DNA of 64,000 bases from Alphaproteobacteria bacterium (GCA_047635695.1 JBLILN010000008.1:18870-82869); one strand, 5' to 3'. Positions 9,456 to 20,123 are shown, numbered from the stretch's first letter. Numbers and translations are program-made. Notes: generated by a model from the sequence alone, not told the origin.

Positions 9456-9492
9456 ACCATAAAAAAAGCCCCCAAAAGGAGGCTTTATGTTC
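9456..9492. terminator. Degenerate copy of the dispersed palindromic terminator-like element (cataaaaaaagcccccaaaaggaggcttt)
   Basis: Sequence similarity to the copies at 38261, 38974 and 55215. One stem mismatch. Confidence 0.4.
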
Positions 9493-9505
9493 GATGAAGC
9501 AAAGG

Positions 9506-10093
9506 TTAGTCGTTGGCCGTAAAAGCATACATAACATGGTGGCGTAATGTGCCGTCATATTTACGGCGTAATTTGTTTTTAGCAACGCCTTCTTTTTCAA
9601 ATCCAAAGCCTTTTTTAAGCTTCATTATAATTTTTTCAGATGCTAAATTCTCAGTATCATAATATATTTCTAGACGTTTTGATTTCAGTTCGTTTATGGC
9701 AAATCCGCACACTTTCTGAGCCGCTTCTAGCATATAACCATGTCCCGTATGCTTACTATGTACCCAATAACCAATGTTAAAAGCTGGAATACATGGATCT
9801 GATTTATCAAGTGAAATACGCCCCACTAAAGTTTCTGTTCCTTTCATGTATATTTGAAAGTAAAAACTTTCTTTGTTTACTTGTTCTTTAATGTTGGTTA
9901 AGCAAATATCTTGGCTATCTAAAAGTGTTGGTAATTTAGGGTGTATCCATTCAAACCAAGGTTTAAAATCCTCTGCCGATGCATGAATGGCATCATTTAA
10001 ACTTTGCGCCATATCCATCGTCAGCAAACGAAGTTCAAGTCGCTCCGTTTCCAGTACCGCTGGTATTTTTATATGTTCTAGTGGGTTTTTCAT
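9506..10093 (-). CDS. GNAT family N-acetyltransferase (RimJ/RimL-like)
   Basis: Acetyl-CoA-binding region ...GYWVHSKHTGHGYMLEAAQKVCGFAINELKSKRLEIYYDTENLASEKIIMKLGF... matches the GNAT motif A/B pattern. Confidence 0.65.
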   Translation of the reverse strand: MKNPLEHIKIPAVLETERLELRLLTMDMAQSLNDAIHASAEDFKPWFEWIHPKLPTLLDSQDICLTNIKEQVNKESFYFQIYMKGTETLVGRISLDKSDPCIPAFNIGYWVHSKHTGHGYMLEAAQKVCGFAINELKSKRLEIYYDTENLASEKIIMKLKKGFGFEKEGVAKNKLRRKYDGTLRHHVMYAFTAND

Positions 10094-10099
10094 AATATT

Positions 10100-10615
10100 T
10101 TAGTCCTTGGTTAGGTCAAAATGATAGGTTCCTTCTGGGTATTCATTGCCGTCAAAACATTTCCAGTCTTCTGCTAATGAGGGCTGCCAAACACCGCCAT
10201 TTTTTTCATAAAACTTACGTGCATTTTTATTTGCAGTTAACACGCCGCATTCCATTTTTTTAAAACTTCTATTTAAACATTCCTGTTTAAACGCATTCAA
10301 TAATTTATCACCGTATCCATTACCTGTATGGTCAGGGTGAATATACATCGCATGTAAAAAAAACATATCAGCATGAGTGGGGGTACCCACTGCAAAACCA
10401 ATAACTTCATCATTATTTAGAAGTACTATTTGTAAGTTATTTGCCTTTTTATTCGTCAGAACTTTATCCCACATTGAGACGCGGTCTGTAATTTTTAGGT
10501 CATCAAGCGTGGTTTGATTAATCATACCTTTATAGGCATATTGCCATGAAAGTACATGAGCTTTACCCATAGCTGCAGCATAACATACTGTTGCTGGCCT
10601 TGTAGAAATAGTCAT
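10100..10615 (-). CDS. GNAT family N-acetyltransferase
   Basis: ...VIGFAVG...LHAMYIHPDHTGNGYGDKLLNAFKQE...ARKFYEKNGG is a classic GNAT core. Confidence 0.65.
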   Translation of the reverse strand: MTISTRPATVCYAAAMGKAHVLSWQYAYKGMINQTTLDDLKITDRVSMWDKVLTNKKANNLQIVLLNNDEVIGFAVGTPTHADMFFLHAMYIHPDHTGNGYGDKLLNAFKQECLNRSFKKMECGVLTANKNARKFYEKNGGVWQPSLAEDWKCFDGNEYPEGTYHFDLTKD

Positions 10616-10675
10616 AGATGTTCCTCTTTTTCATAAGATACATTAATGTTAACAAAGGTATTCACAAATGTGAAA

Positions 10676-11221
10676 CTAAAAAGAACTGCCGGGTTGTTTA
10701 AGAAATTCAAGCTCTTCTGTTGTGCTGACGCGACCCAAAATTGCGTTGCGGTGTGGGTAACGACCGAACTGATCAATAATGACTTTGTGTTGTTTTTCAA
10801 AATTGAGGTTATATTGAAGCGCTTCACGACTTGCAAAAAGTTTAAGTGCAATTTCATGGTCGACTAAATTTTCACTATGCATGAAAGGCATGTACATCAA
10901 GGCCACCTGTTCATCACTAAGCTCTTTATCAAAGCCTTTGTCTATCGCCTGTTTAGCCATATTTAAGCACAACGCATCACTAGCAAATGACATGGGCGTA
11001 TCTCTAAACATATTACGTGAGAATTGATCGAGTACTATAATAGCAGCAAGCGCGTCACATGCTGATAATAAGTAAGTTGAAATATCATTCGATAGAATTT
11101 CAGAATGCAGTGCAGAGAATTTTGCTGTAATTTCAGCATCAAAAGCATCACTCTTTAGCCACCATTTAGCTCTAACGTCATCACTAAACCAAAAGTCTAA
11201 AACATCATTCAATTTGTTCAT
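10676..11221 (-). CDS. DUF924 family protein
   Basis: N-terminal VLDFWFSDD...WW, then AAIIVLDQFSRNMFR and a C-terminal ...RYPHRNAILGR. I recall this pattern as DUF924. Confidence 0.55.
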   Translation of the reverse strand: MNKLNDVLDFWFSDDVRAKWWLKSDAFDAEITAKFSALHSEILSNDISTYLLSACDALAAIIVLDQFSRNMFRDTPMSFASDALCLNMAKQAIDKGFDKELSDEQVALMYMPFMHSENLVDHEIALKLFASREALQYNLNFEKQHKVIIDQFGRYPHRNAILGRVSTTEELEFLKQPGSSF

Positions 11222-11282
11222 AAAACCACCTTTAATTGCATCTACGTCTTTAGGAAGCTATCAACTTGAGTGAGCCTAACGT

Positions 11283-13103
11283 TTAGTCGTTCAATTTCAA
11301 GGCTGCAAGGAACGCCTTCTGCGGAATTTCCACATTACCAATAGACTTCATGCGTTTTTTACCTTTTTTCTGCTTTTCGAGCAGTTTCTTCTTACGGGTA
11401 ATATCACCACCGTAACATTTGGCTGTAACGTTTTTACGCAGTGCGCTGATTGATTCACGGGCAATAATTTTACCACCAATGGTCGCTTGCAGTGCAATAT
11501 CAAACATTTGACGTGGAATAAGTTCCTTCAGCTTAACAAGCAGCAAACGGCCGCGGCCTTCTGCATTGTCGCGGTGACAAATCATATTTAACGCATCGAG
11601 TGATTCACCATTTACTAAAATAGCTACTTTAACCAAGTTTTCTTCTTCGAAGCCGTCTGGCTCATAGTCAAAGGAAGCATAACCACGTGAAATTGACTTC
11701 AAGCGGTCGTTAAAGTCGAGGACAACTTCGTTCAGCGGTAAGCGGTAAGTCATCATCACACGTGTACCGTGATAATCCATGGCAATTTGTTGACCACGTT
11801 TTTCGATACAAAGGTTTATCACGCCACCTACATATTCGTCAGGTAGAAGTATTGTCGCTTTAATCATCGGCTCTAAAATAGCCTTAATTTGTGTTGGGTC
11901 TGGCAAGTTTGCAGGGTTGTGAATTTCTACCGTTTTACCATTTATAAGCTCAACGTTATAAATAACCCCAGGCGCCGTTGTTACAAGGTCGAGATCAAAC
12001 TCACGTTCTAGGCGTTCTTGGATAATTTCCATGTGCAAAAGCCCCAAGAAACCACAACGGAAACCGTGGCCAAGTGCTGCAGACGTTTCAGAAATAAAAT
12101 TAAATGACGTGTCATTAATTTGTAACTTAGCTAAGCCTTCTTTGAGCTTTTCATAGTCAGCCGCTTCAGTTGGATAAAGCCCACAAAAAACCATAGGTTG
12201 AACTTCTTTAAAACCTTCAAGCATGTCAGCACAAGGGCGAATGTGGTCGGTAATGGTGTCACCAATATTTGTATCAGCGACGGTTTTAATAGACGCGGTA
12301 ATAATGCCTACTTCACCAGCTTTAAGCTCGTCCACCACTTTAATGGCAGGGTCAAGCACACCTACACGTTCAACAACGTGCTGTGTATTGTTCGACATAA
12401 AGCGAATTTTTTGACCTTTTTTGATAGACCCGTCCATTAAACGCACTAAAATAACAACGCCAAGGTAATTGTCGTACCAAGCGTCTACAAGTAAAGCTTT
12501 AAGTGTTTCGTCGACGTCACCCTTAGGGCATGGAATTTTTTCAATAATTTGTTCTAATATTTCAGTAATACCTTGGCCTGTTTTAGCCGATGTTAATATC
12601 GCTTCACTTGCATCAATACCAATAATGTCTTCAATTTGGCTACGAATGCGCTCAGGCTCTGCACTTGGCAGGTCAATCTTGTTAAGTACAGGTAAAATTT
12701 CAAGGTCGTTATCCATCGCCATATAAACGTTGGCAAGCGTTTGCGCTTCAACACCTTGTGAAGCATCAACAACCAACAAAGCACCTTCACAGGCACTTAA
12801 GGAACGTGAAACTTCGTAGGCAAAGTCAACGTGCCCCGGTGTGTCGATAAGGTTAAGTTGATAGTTTTCACCGTCTTTAGCAAGATAATTCAAGCGAATC
12901 GCATTGGCCTTAACGGTAATACCACGCTCACGTTCAATATCCATCGTATCAAGCAGTTGCGCTTGCATGTCACGTTTTTGAACAGCAAAAGTTTCTTCAA
13001 TAAGCCTATCAGCCAAGGTTGATTTACCATGGTCAATATGAGCAATGATTGAGAAATTACGGATATGCTTAAGGTCTTTAGACATGCTTCTTTTCAACTT
13101 CAT
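11283..13103 (-). CDS. lepA: Elongation factor 4 (LepA)
   Basis: G1 motif [31 protein letters not shown], then the conserved LepA C-terminal domain. Confidence 0.95.
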   Translation of the reverse strand: MKLKRSMSKDLKHIRNFSIIAHIDHGKSTLADRLIEETFAVQKRDMQAQLLDTMDIERERGITVKANAIRLNYLAKDGENYQLNLIDTPGHVDFAYEVSRSLSACEGALLVVDASQGVEAQTLANVYMAMDNDLEILPVLNKIDLPSAEPERIRSQIEDIIGIDASEAILTSAKTGQGITEILEQIIEKIPCPKGDVDETLKALLVDAWYDNYLGVVILVRLMDGSIKKGQKIRFMSNNTQHVVERVGVLDPAIKVVDELKAGEVGIITASIKTVADTNIGDTITDHIRPCADMLEGFKEVQPMVFCGLYPTEAADYEKLKEGLAKLQINDTSFNFISETSAALGHGFRCGFLGLLHMEIIQERLEREFDLDLVTTAPGVIYNVELINGKTVEIHNPANLPDPTQIKAILEPMIKATILLPDEYVGGVINLCIEKRGQQIAMDYHGTRVMMTYRLPLNEVVLDFNDRLKSISRGYASFDYEPDGFEEENLVKVAILVNGESLDALNMICHRDNAEGRGRLLLVKLKELIPRQMFDIALQATIGGKIIARESISALRKNVTAKCYGGDITRKKKLLEKQKKGKKRMKSIGNVEIPQKAFLAALKLND

Positions 13104-13170
13104 AAATTAGTACAATGTAAGCGCAGTATAACAAAGTCGGGCAAAAAGGGAAGCTTTGTTCGTAAATATA

Positions 13171-13198
13171 TTGACATTAAACACCATAAGTATACAAT
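13171..13198 (+). promoter_or_regulatory. Candidate sigma70 promoter for pepA: TTGACA-16 bp-TACAAT
   Basis: ttgacattaaacaccataagtatacaat lies about 80 bp upstream of the pepA ATG. Two small hairpins follow in the 5' UTR. Confidence 0.35.
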
Positions 13199-13278
13199 CG
13201 GCCATATCTAAGTAAGATACATCGGGCTTTGGCCCTTTTCTTTTCGGACTTTTCGTCCCTATAAATGGAGACATTTTT

Positions 13279-14754
13279 ATGTCGATATTCAATAACAACC
13301 CTTTATGTTCAGTCACGCTGAACACAACAAAACTGAAAACAAAAAACGTTTTACACATTTTAACCGACGCCGATATGAAGCGTGCCGACCTACCCTTACC
13401 AAGGCTAGGCCGTAAGCGTATTTCAAGTAAACTTGGCAAGGTAAGTTACATGGACGAAGGTGATACTGCACACGTTATTATAGGTGCAGGTAACTTTGAT
13501 GAAAATGAACACCTGACCATTGAACAATGGTTCGTGACCGTGGGTGCCACTATTTTTGAAGCCTTAAAAGCAGAAGAAATTGACAGCATTAACTTGGCCG
13601 ATGATACTTTTATGAGTATCAACATGGTTTATGGCTTAGGCATACGTGCCTTTACCAATGGTGAAAAAACAAACACCATTAAAATTGGTAATGTACGCCA
13701 AAATTTGCATGAAGGTATGCAAATGGCCCAAGCAACAAACTTTGGCCGCCTGCTCACCAACACACCACATGGCGCGCATAGGCAAGATGGATCAAACTCT
13801 GGTTTAAATTCACAATCTTTTGCAAAATTATTGATGAAGGAGTTCCCTAAAAATGACATCACCGACCATATATGTAAAGGCAGCCGCAACGCCTTAGCTA
13901 AAATTGGTGCTGGTGGTTTACTTTCTGTCGGCAAAGCCAGTGAATTTGAACCTGCCCTTTTAGACGTGACATACCGTCACCCTGAATGTACAGACAAACC
14001 CATTATATTTGTCGCCAAAGGCGTTATGTATGACACGGGCGGTGCAGCCATTAAACCTGGTTCAAGCATGGCCACCATGAAATATGACATGACAGCGTCA
14101 AGCATTGCCGCTGCTGTACTTAAAAACTTAAGAGACAGCAAGGCTAAATGCCACGTTAAAGTGATATTTTGTTTAACCGACAACGCAGTGTCTTCGGACA
14201 TGACATATAATGGCGACCACGTTAAAATGATGGACGGACAAATAGTCGAAGTCACCAACACCGACGCCGAAGGCCGCATGGTTTTATTTGACGGTTTGGT
14301 TTACGCCCAACACAACTACCCCAATGCCAAATGTTACCTCAGTTCTGGTACATTAACAGGTACCGGTAGAGGTGTATCGGGTACAAGGTCTGCCATGTAT
14401 TTTTGCCGTGATGAGTTGCTGAATAACAAACTTCAAAGCGTTATTCATGAATGCGGACAAGTGGACGAATTTTTTCGCCTACCTGTCGACCTACGCAAGG
14501 CAAAAGTGGTTAAAAGCCCAGAACCTGGTGTTGATCTTAAAAACTCTGTTCAAGGTGTTGGCACAAGTGCCTCTGAAACGGCTTACAACTTCCTTAAAGC
14601 CTCTATGAAAGATAACAATGAGATGAAATATATTCACATTGATATTGCCAATGTTGGCGGTGGTTATCATGACATAACAGGTTTACCGTTACCTTACTTT
14701 ACTGGTACAGGCTGGGGTGTTTATACACTTTCACACCTCTTTACAACTTTATAA
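13279..14754 (+). CDS. pepA: Leucyl aminopeptidase, M17 family
   Basis: NTDAEGRMVL matches the M17 NTDAEGRL signature. VAKGVMYDTGGAAIKPGSSMATMKYDMTAS matches the active-site region. RBS ggagacatttttATG. Confidence 0.8.
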   Translation: MSIFNNNPLCSVTLNTTKLKTKNVLHILTDADMKRADLPLPRLGRKRISSKLGKVSYMDEGDTAHVIIGAGNFDENEHLTIEQWFVTVGATIFEALKAEEIDSINLADDTFMSINMVYGLGIRAFTNGEKTNTIKIGNVRQNLHEGMQMAQATNFGRLLTNTPHGAHRQDGSNSGLNSQSFAKLLMKEFPKNDITDHICKGSRNALAKIGAGGLLSVGKASEFEPALLDVTYRHPECTDKPIIFVAKGVMYDTGGAAIKPGSSMATMKYDMTASSIAAAVLKNLRDSKAKCHVKVIFCLTDNAVSSDMTYNGDHVKMMDGQIVEVTNTDAEGRMVLFDGLVYAQHNYPNAKCYLSSGTLTGTGRGVSGTRSAMYFCRDELLNNKLQSVIHECGQVDEFFRLPVDLRKAKVVKSPEPGVDLKNSVQGVGTSASETAYNFLKASMKDNNEMKYIHIDIANVGGGYHDITGLPLPYFTGTGWGVYTLSHLFTTL

Positions 14755-14793
14755 TTTACCCCGCCCCTTTAAGGGGCTTTTAAGGAGACATTT

Positions 14794-15174
14794 ATGTCGA
14801 CACAAAAATCAACAAATGAACGTTTACAACTTATTGCTGAAGTATTACTCTTTATAAACAGCACAACAAAGCTTAATGAACATCTTCAAGCCCTAAAAGG
14901 CGCAATCGCAACCGATGAAGTCGTAACACACTTTAAGGCTATTATAGATGAAAAGCTTAATGCTGAGGATAAAACTCCAGAAATTGTCCGCCTCGCTTTA
15001 ATCGCTTGCCTGTCAGCCGATTACATTAGTTTGCGTCAATATAATCATGGCGTTTCAAAAAGCTATAAAGACCAAGTGGTCAATGCCATCCAGTCGGGTG
15101 ATTTAAATGAACTTTGCGATGCTATAAGCGCTGTTTATTGTGGTTTTGTTGCCGCTTGCACAATGCCCGCATAA
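14794..15174 (+). CDS. Hypothetical protein (126 aa)
   Basis: ORF with RBS aaggagacatttATG, immediately followed by a strong terminator. Confidence 0.5.
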   Translation: MSTQKSTNERLQLIAEVLLFINSTTKLNEHLQALKGAIATDEVVTHFKAIIDEKLNAEDKTPEIVRLALIACLSADYISLRQYNHGVSKSYKDQVVNAIQSGDLNELCDAISAVYCGFVAACTMPA

Positions 15175-15187
15175 TCGAAATTAAAAA

Positions 15188-15217
15188 GACCCTCTCAATT
15201 GAGAGGGCTTTTTTTTG
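15188..15217. terminator. Rho-independent terminator (ccctctc aatt gagaggg + T9)
   Basis: gaccctctcaattgagagggctttttttt. Confidence 0.7.
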
Positions 15218-15350
15218 TGCGTATATATAAAAAAGTACATCTATGAATGAAAAGTTAAGGGAGAGATGTTTGCGTTTTAGAAAATTAAAGTTGCCAACTT
15301 AGGCAATGAGACTTTCTAAAACGTAAATAGATACCCTTAGATGGTTATTC

Positions 15351-17732
15351 CTATCTTACTTCGGCGTTAAAACGCTTCTTAACATTCCCAACAGCTTTTT
15401 CAACAACAGCATTAATGTCAGCTTCTGTTAACGTACGGTCTACCGCTTGAAGGGTCATGGATAAAGCAACTGATTTTTTGCCAGCTTCAACATTTTCGCC
15501 TTCGTAAACGTCAAACAAGTTAACATGACGTACCAAGTCTTTATCGGCGCCTTTAAGGGCATTGATAAGGTCACCCGCCTGAACGTCGCTCTCCACAAGG
15601 AAGGCTAAGTCACGCTGAACCGCTTGATATGTCGAGCTCACGAACGCAGGTTTCTTCATTTGCATGTTTTCAGCTTTTAAAAGATCGACTTCAAAAATAA
15701 CCGCCGTGCCTTTTAGGCCAAAGTTTTTCATAACCGCAGGGTGAACTTCACCAAAGGTGGCAAAAACGTTTTTACCCAACACAAGTGAACCACTACGCCC
15801 TGGGTGATAAGCACTGTTTGCACCTTTGCGTACTTGAAGTTTATCGGCTGCAACACCGAGAGACTCAAGCATAGAAATAGCGTCAGCTTTTGCCGTAAAT
15901 AAGTCAGTTTGCTTGGCGTTACCTTGCCAATGCTTGTCTTGCCCGCCCATAATAAGGCCAGAGGCTTTTAAAACTTCTGTTGTTTCTGTATATGTTTTAC
16001 CCACTTCACCTAAATGAATTGAACTTTCACCACGGGCCATATTTTTAGACGCTGCGTCTAAAAGTGACGGTATAAGAGACGGGCGCATTGTGCTCATTTC
16101 CGCTTCATCCAGTGGGTTTGCAAGCTCTAAAAGGGCTTCACCTTCGGCAAATAATTGTGCTTTTTCACGATTGATAAAGCTGTAATTGATACATTCAAGG
16201 TAACCCATAGCTGCAAGTGATCGGCGTGCAATACGGTCGGCTTTACGGCCACTGTCTGCACCTTTAATCGTTTGCAAAGGCAGTGGTGGTAACTGTGTTG
16301 GTACAACGTCTAGGCCTTTCATGCGTAAAACTTCTTCAATTAAGTCAGCGTCTGTATCCATCATGGTGCAGTAACTTGGTACGGTGACATTAAAAATGTC
16401 TGTCCCTTTTACTGTAAAGCCAAGGTTTTCTAAAATTTCTTTTACTTCAGCGGCCGGTATATCTAAGCCACCAAAAGTTTTAACACGCACAGGGTTAAAT
16501 GTAATTTCACGTACTTCTGGTAATTCTTCACCGTCGGTATCAATGCCACCCAAGTGACCACCGCATAATTCGACAATAAGGTCTGACGCCATTACAGCCA
16601 CAGGTACGGTCATACCAGCGTCAATGCCGCGTTCAAACCTATAGCGTGCGTCTGTGTTACATTGTAGGCGTTGGCCTGTTACCGCAACATTTTCCTTATT
16701 AAATTGTGCCACTTCTAGATAAACATTTTTGGTGTTTTCATCAACACTTGTGCTTTCGCCACCGACAATACCAGCAAGGCCAATAACACCGCTGTCGTCC
16801 ATAATAGCAATATCACCTTCTGCTAAAGTATGTTCGTTACCGTCAAGCCCTAAAAGTTTTTCACCACCTTTGGCGGCTTCAATACGTAAATCACCTTTTA
16901 ATTTATCGGCGTCATAAACGTGCATCGGCTGGCCATAGCTCATCAACATAAAGTTGGTAATATCAGCCAAGCAGTTAATGCTGCGCAAGCCTGCCTGCTC
17001 AAGGAATTTTTTCATCCATGTTGGGCTTTCACCATTTTCAACATCGGTTATGAGTTGACCTGTAAAGAAAGGGCAACCTGCATGTGTTTTAACAATGGAC
17101 GGTGCCTCTGTATTTTCCACAGCATCGTCAACATCAACACCTTCGTCTACTTCTTCAACAGTGACAGCATTAAGCGTGCCCATACCACTTGCAGCAAGGT
17201 CACGTGCCACACCATAAACAGACAAGGCGTCTCCACGGTTCGGGGTCATGTCCACGTCAAAAACAACATCGTTTTGGCCTAAAGCTTCAGCAATCGGTGT
17301 GCCGATAGCGACATCGCCATCAAATTCCCAAATACCGTCAGCTTCTTCGCCAAAACCAAGTTCTTTGATAGAGCAGATCATACCGTTCGATTTAACACCA
17401 CGTAGCTTTGAAGGCTTAATAACAAAATCACCTGGTAAAACAGCACCATCGGTAGCAACGACAACTTTAAGGTCGTCTCTTGCATTGGGCGCACCACAAA
17501 CAATTTGTAAATTTTCTTTGGCGCCAACGTTTACAGTACAAACACCTAGGCGGTCAGCGTCGGGGTGTTGAACACGGGTGACAATATTACCAACAACAAC
17601 GTTATTGAACTGTGCGCCCTCGTCTTCAATGCCCTCAACTTCCAAGCCAAGTGAAACCATACGTGCCGCTAGTACTTCTGCTGTTGCTTCCGTTTCTAAG
17701 TGCTGCTTTAGCCAGCTTAGAGAAAATTTCAT
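15351..17732 (-). CDS. pheT: Phenylalanine--tRNA ligase beta subunit
   Basis: Canonical N-terminus MKFSLSWLKQHLETEATAEVLAARMVSLGLEVEG. 793 aa. Confidence 0.95.
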   Translation of the reverse strand: MKFSLSWLKQHLETEATAEVLAARMVSLGLEVEGIEDEGAQFNNVVVGNIVTRVQHPDADRLGVCTVNVGAKENLQIVCGAPNARDDLKVVVATDGAVLPGDFVIKPSKLRGVKSNGMICSIKELGFGEEADGIWEFDGDVAIGTPIAEALGQNDVVFDVDMTPNRGDALSVYGVARDLAASGMGTLNAVTVEEVDEGVDVDDAVENTEAPSIVKTHAGCPFFTGQLITDVENGESPTWMKKFLEQAGLRSINCLADITNFMLMSYGQPMHVYDADKLKGDLRIEAAKGGEKLLGLDGNEHTLAEGDIAIMDDSGVIGLAGIVGGESTSVDENTKNVYLEVAQFNKENVAVTGQRLQCNTDARYRFERGIDAGMTVPVAVMASDLIVELCGGHLGGIDTDGEELPEVREITFNPVRVKTFGGLDIPAAEVKEILENLGFTVKGTDIFNVTVPSYCTMMDTDADLIEEVLRMKGLDVVPTQLPPLPLQTIKGADSGRKADRIARRSLAAMGYLECINYSFINREKAQLFAEGEALLELANPLDEAEMSTMRPSLIPSLLDAASKNMARGESSIHLGEVGKTYTETTEVLKASGLIMGGQDKHWQGNAKQTDLFTAKADAISMLESLGVAADKLQVRKGANSAYHPGRSGSLVLGKNVFATFGEVHPAVMKNFGLKGTAVIFEVDLLKAENMQMKKPAFVSSTYQAVQRDLAFLVESDVQAGDLINALKGADKDLVRHVNLFDVYEGENVEAGKKSVALSMTLQAVDRTLTEADINAVVEKAVGNVKKRFNAEVR

Positions 17733-17780
17733 TTCGTCTTACCTTAAGTTTATCGTCTATTGATGGTTCGTTTCGTATTT

Positions 17781-17878
17781 TGTAAATAAAGCCTGTATGG
17801 ACGTGAATGGTGGTTTTATAGCTTGCTAGCCCACAATTTGTGGGTAACAAACGCGTTCATACAGGCTTTATTTTATAG
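17781..17878. repeat. Long inverted repeat (20-bp arms taaataaagcctgtatggacg / cgttcatacaggctttatttta) enclosing the 6-bp hairpin cccaca-att-tgtggg, between pheS and pheT
   Basis: Read directly. The arms match with one mismatch. There is no T-run on the transcribed strand after it, so it is not a simple terminator. Confidence 0.6.
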
Positions 17879-18016
17879 TTCCTGCCAGCTGCAGTTATCA
17901 CATGCAATAACAGGGTGTAATGTTGCAGGCATTTCTGACTCTACACAGTACTCTTCGTTTTTCATGCAACCTGTTACTAAAATTGCGACAGCGAATGTTA
18001 ACATTAATTTTTTCAT
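17873..18016 (-). CDS. Candidate 47-aa Cys-rich lipoprotein microprotein (below the ORF-track size cutoff)
   Basis: Translation is MKKLMLTFAVAILVTGCMKNEEYCVESEMPATLHPVIACDNCSWQEL. It has a classic lipoprotein signal peptide with lipobox LVTG|C. RBS aagg lies ~9 nt upstream. It has 5 Cys. Its stop abuts the inverted repeat. Confidence 0.4.
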   Translation of the reverse strand: MKKLMLTFAVAILVTGCMKNEEYCVESEMPATLHPVIACDNCSWQEL

Positions 18017-18168
18017 GATATTTACCTTTTTGTTTTCTATTTTAACGCTTATTAAGTATTAAATTTGAGATGAGATATTTATTCAACGTTTATGGAGGCT
18101 TAAATGTATTTAATACATGGCACGCCGCAAACGCCGAGGAAAATAAATGGGCCGCTCAAAAGTAATGC

Positions 18169-19242
18169 TTATACTTTCATTGTTGTTGATGGCTTACCAA
18201 AATGCTTTAAAAAGCTTATACCGCTTTCATAAAACAGGCGTAAGTCCGTAATACCGTATTTTAACATGGCCAAACGTTCGATACCTGCACCGAAGGCAAA
18301 GCCTTGCCAGTCTTCGTGGTGTAACCCGCCGGCTTTAAGTACATTGCGGTGAACCATGCCACTGCCCAATACTTCTAACCACCCTGTGTGAGAACAAATA
18401 CGACAGCCCTCACCTTTACAGAAAAGACATTCAATATCAACCTCTGCACCGGGCTCTGTAAACGGGAAATAACTTGGGCGTAAACGCATCGTAATGTCAC
18501 GATCAAAGTATTCTTCTAAAAATTTAAGCAATGTACCTTTTAGGTGGCCAAACGTTAGGTTTTTATCCAGCGCTAAACCTTCTACTTGGTGAAATTGCGG
18601 TGTGTGTGTTAGGTCAGAGTCGTTACGATATACACGACCAATTGACATCACACGCATCGGTGGTTCAAATTTCTCCATGGTGTGGATTTGAACGTTTGAT
18701 GTTTGTGTGCGCAACAAACGACGATTGCCGTCGGCGTCTAAGTTCTTGAGGTAAAACGTGTCATGGTCTTGCCTTGCAGGGTGGTTTTCAGGAATATTGA
18801 GCGCTGTGAAGTTATAAAAATCGGTTTCTACTTCTGGGCCTGTTGCTGTGGAAAAACCAAGACGACCAAGAATGACCTCCACTTCTTCAATCACATACGA
18901 AACAGGGTGCATTTTACCACTAAAGCGTGCTTCGGCTGGCAAAGTCACATCAACAGATTCTGACGCCAACCTTTCGTTGAGTAAGGCAGTTTCAAGCACC
19001 GTTTTCTTTTCTTCTAAAGCGCCTGCCACAGCCACCTTTACGTCATTCACTTGTTTACCAAATGCTTTACGTTCTTCTGCTGGTAGCGTGCCCAAAGTTT
19101 TAAGCAATGATGTGATTTCACCATTTTTACCGAGCAGTGAAACACGTACACTTTCAAGGTCATTCAGTGTAGACAAACCCTGTACTTGGCTTAAGCTATT
19201 TGCTTGTAATTGATCGAGTGTTGACATTGTTTTTTTATTCAC
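18169..19242 (-). CDS. pheS: Phenylalanine--tRNA ligase alpha subunit
   Basis: The class II motifs ...FTEPGAEVD... and GAGIERLAMLKYGI are in place. 357 aa. Confidence 0.95.
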   Translation of the reverse strand: MNKKTMSTLDQLQANSLSQVQGLSTLNDLESVRVSLLGKNGEITSLLKTLGTLPAEERKAFGKQVNDVKVAVAGALEEKKTVLETALLNERLASESVDVTLPAEARFSGKMHPVSYVIEEVEVILGRLGFSTATGPEVETDFYNFTALNIPENHPARQDHDTFYLKNLDADGNRRLLRTQTSNVQIHTMEKFEPPMRVMSIGRVYRNDSDLTHTPQFHQVEGLALDKNLTFGHLKGTLLKFLEEYFDRDITMRLRPSYFPFTEPGAEVDIECLFCKGEGCRICSHTGWLEVLGSGMVHRNVLKAGGLHHEDWQGFAFGAGIERLAMLKYGITDLRLFYESGISFLKHFGKPSTTMKV

Positions 19243-19462
19243 CTGTTTTTATGCTTTATAACTAAGCTATTGTTATAGCCTATCCATGCATTTTTTTCCA
19301 TTTTTTTTAGCTTATTTTCTCATGTTTTTTTACATAATAATTGATTTTATTATAAATAGAGCCTAAATTACTTTCATGCACAAAACCTAGAAACGGCAAA
19401 CGGCTTTTATATAGGCCTAAAAAAACCTTTCTGCTCACGTTTATAAATTGGAGGGCAATATT

Positions 19463-20080
19463 ATGCCTGATACTCATCAAAACTTAATTGAAATAGAACA
19501 TAAGTTCTTTATAAAAGATGACAGTTGGAAACAATGGAGCTATCACACAATTGATATGCTTCAAGGTTATTTTACAGGGGACACAAGCCCCGTCACCTTT
19601 GACGGTAATTACCTACGCATTGGTCAATTTTCCATATCACCAACAACAAAAGAAAAAGAAGTTCTTTCCACATTGCTGGCTGCAGATGGTCAAGGCATCA
19701 ACCCAAGCTTATGCGCTGTACGCATTCGCAAGGAAAATGAAACTTATAAACTCACCATTAAAAAAGCCATTGACGACGCGTCATGCTTTGAGCCCGAATA
19801 TACGCTACCAAGCGAAATTGGTGCCCATTACCTAGAACGCACACAATATCAGCTTAAAAAAACACGTTATCTTGTTGGTATCGGTGCTGGCTTAACCGCT
19901 GACGTTGATGTTTACGAAGGCGATAGTTCTAAAATGAAAAACACAGTGGAAGTTGAATTTAAGTCAAACGCCGCCGCCAAAAGCTTTATCCCGCCTAAGT
20001 GGTTTGGTAAGAAGATTACAGGCATCAAGGAATTTAGCTGTAAGGCACTTGCCATGAAGCCTTTTAATTTCCGCTCATAA
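19463..20080 (+). CDS. CYTH-domain protein (CyaB / thiamine-triphosphatase-like triphosphate tunnel enzyme)
   Basis: The N-terminal EIEHKFFIKDD matches the CYTH 'EIERKFLV' start. It then has alternating beta-strand motifs RIRKENETYKLTIKK and TRYLVGI..ADVDVYEG..TVEVEF. The ORF track starts at a TTG at 19448. The ATG at 19463 has RBS ggaggg 8 nt upstream. Confidence 0.6.
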   Translation: MPDTHQNLIEIEHKFFIKDDSWKQWSYHTIDMLQGYFTGDTSPVTFDGNYLRIGQFSISPTTKEKEVLSTLLAADGQGINPSLCAVRIRKENETYKLTIKKAIDDASCFEPEYTLPSEIGAHYLERTQYQLKKTRYLVGIGAGLTADVDVYEGDSSKMKNTVEVEFKSNAAAKSFIPPKWFGKKITGIKEFSCKALAMKPFNFRS

Positions 20081-20090
20081 CGCACAAACG

Positions 20091-20123
20091 AAAAAAGACC
20101 CTCAACATGAGGGTCTTTTTTTT
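20091..20123. terminator. Rho-independent terminator (agaccctc aacat gagggtct + T9)
   Basis: aaaaaagaccctcaacatgagggtcttttttttcg. Confidence 0.7.

Noticed and set aside
10612-10867. 81-aa minus ORF and 73-aa plus ORF overlapping the 3' end of the DUF924 gene
   Set aside because: They overlap a better-supported gene, have no RBS and a hydrophobic low-complexity translation.
13107-14279. Minus-strand ORFs (100-110 aa) overlapping the pepA promoter and coding region
   Set aside because: They are antisense to M17 peptidase motifs. The lepA/pepA divergent promoter occupies 13104-13278.
16729-17763. Several plus-strand ORFs (62-120 aa) antisense within pheT
   Set aside because: They are fully embedded in a highly conserved essential gene on the opposite strand. 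Their Ser/Pro/Ala-rich composition is the mirror image of pheT codons.
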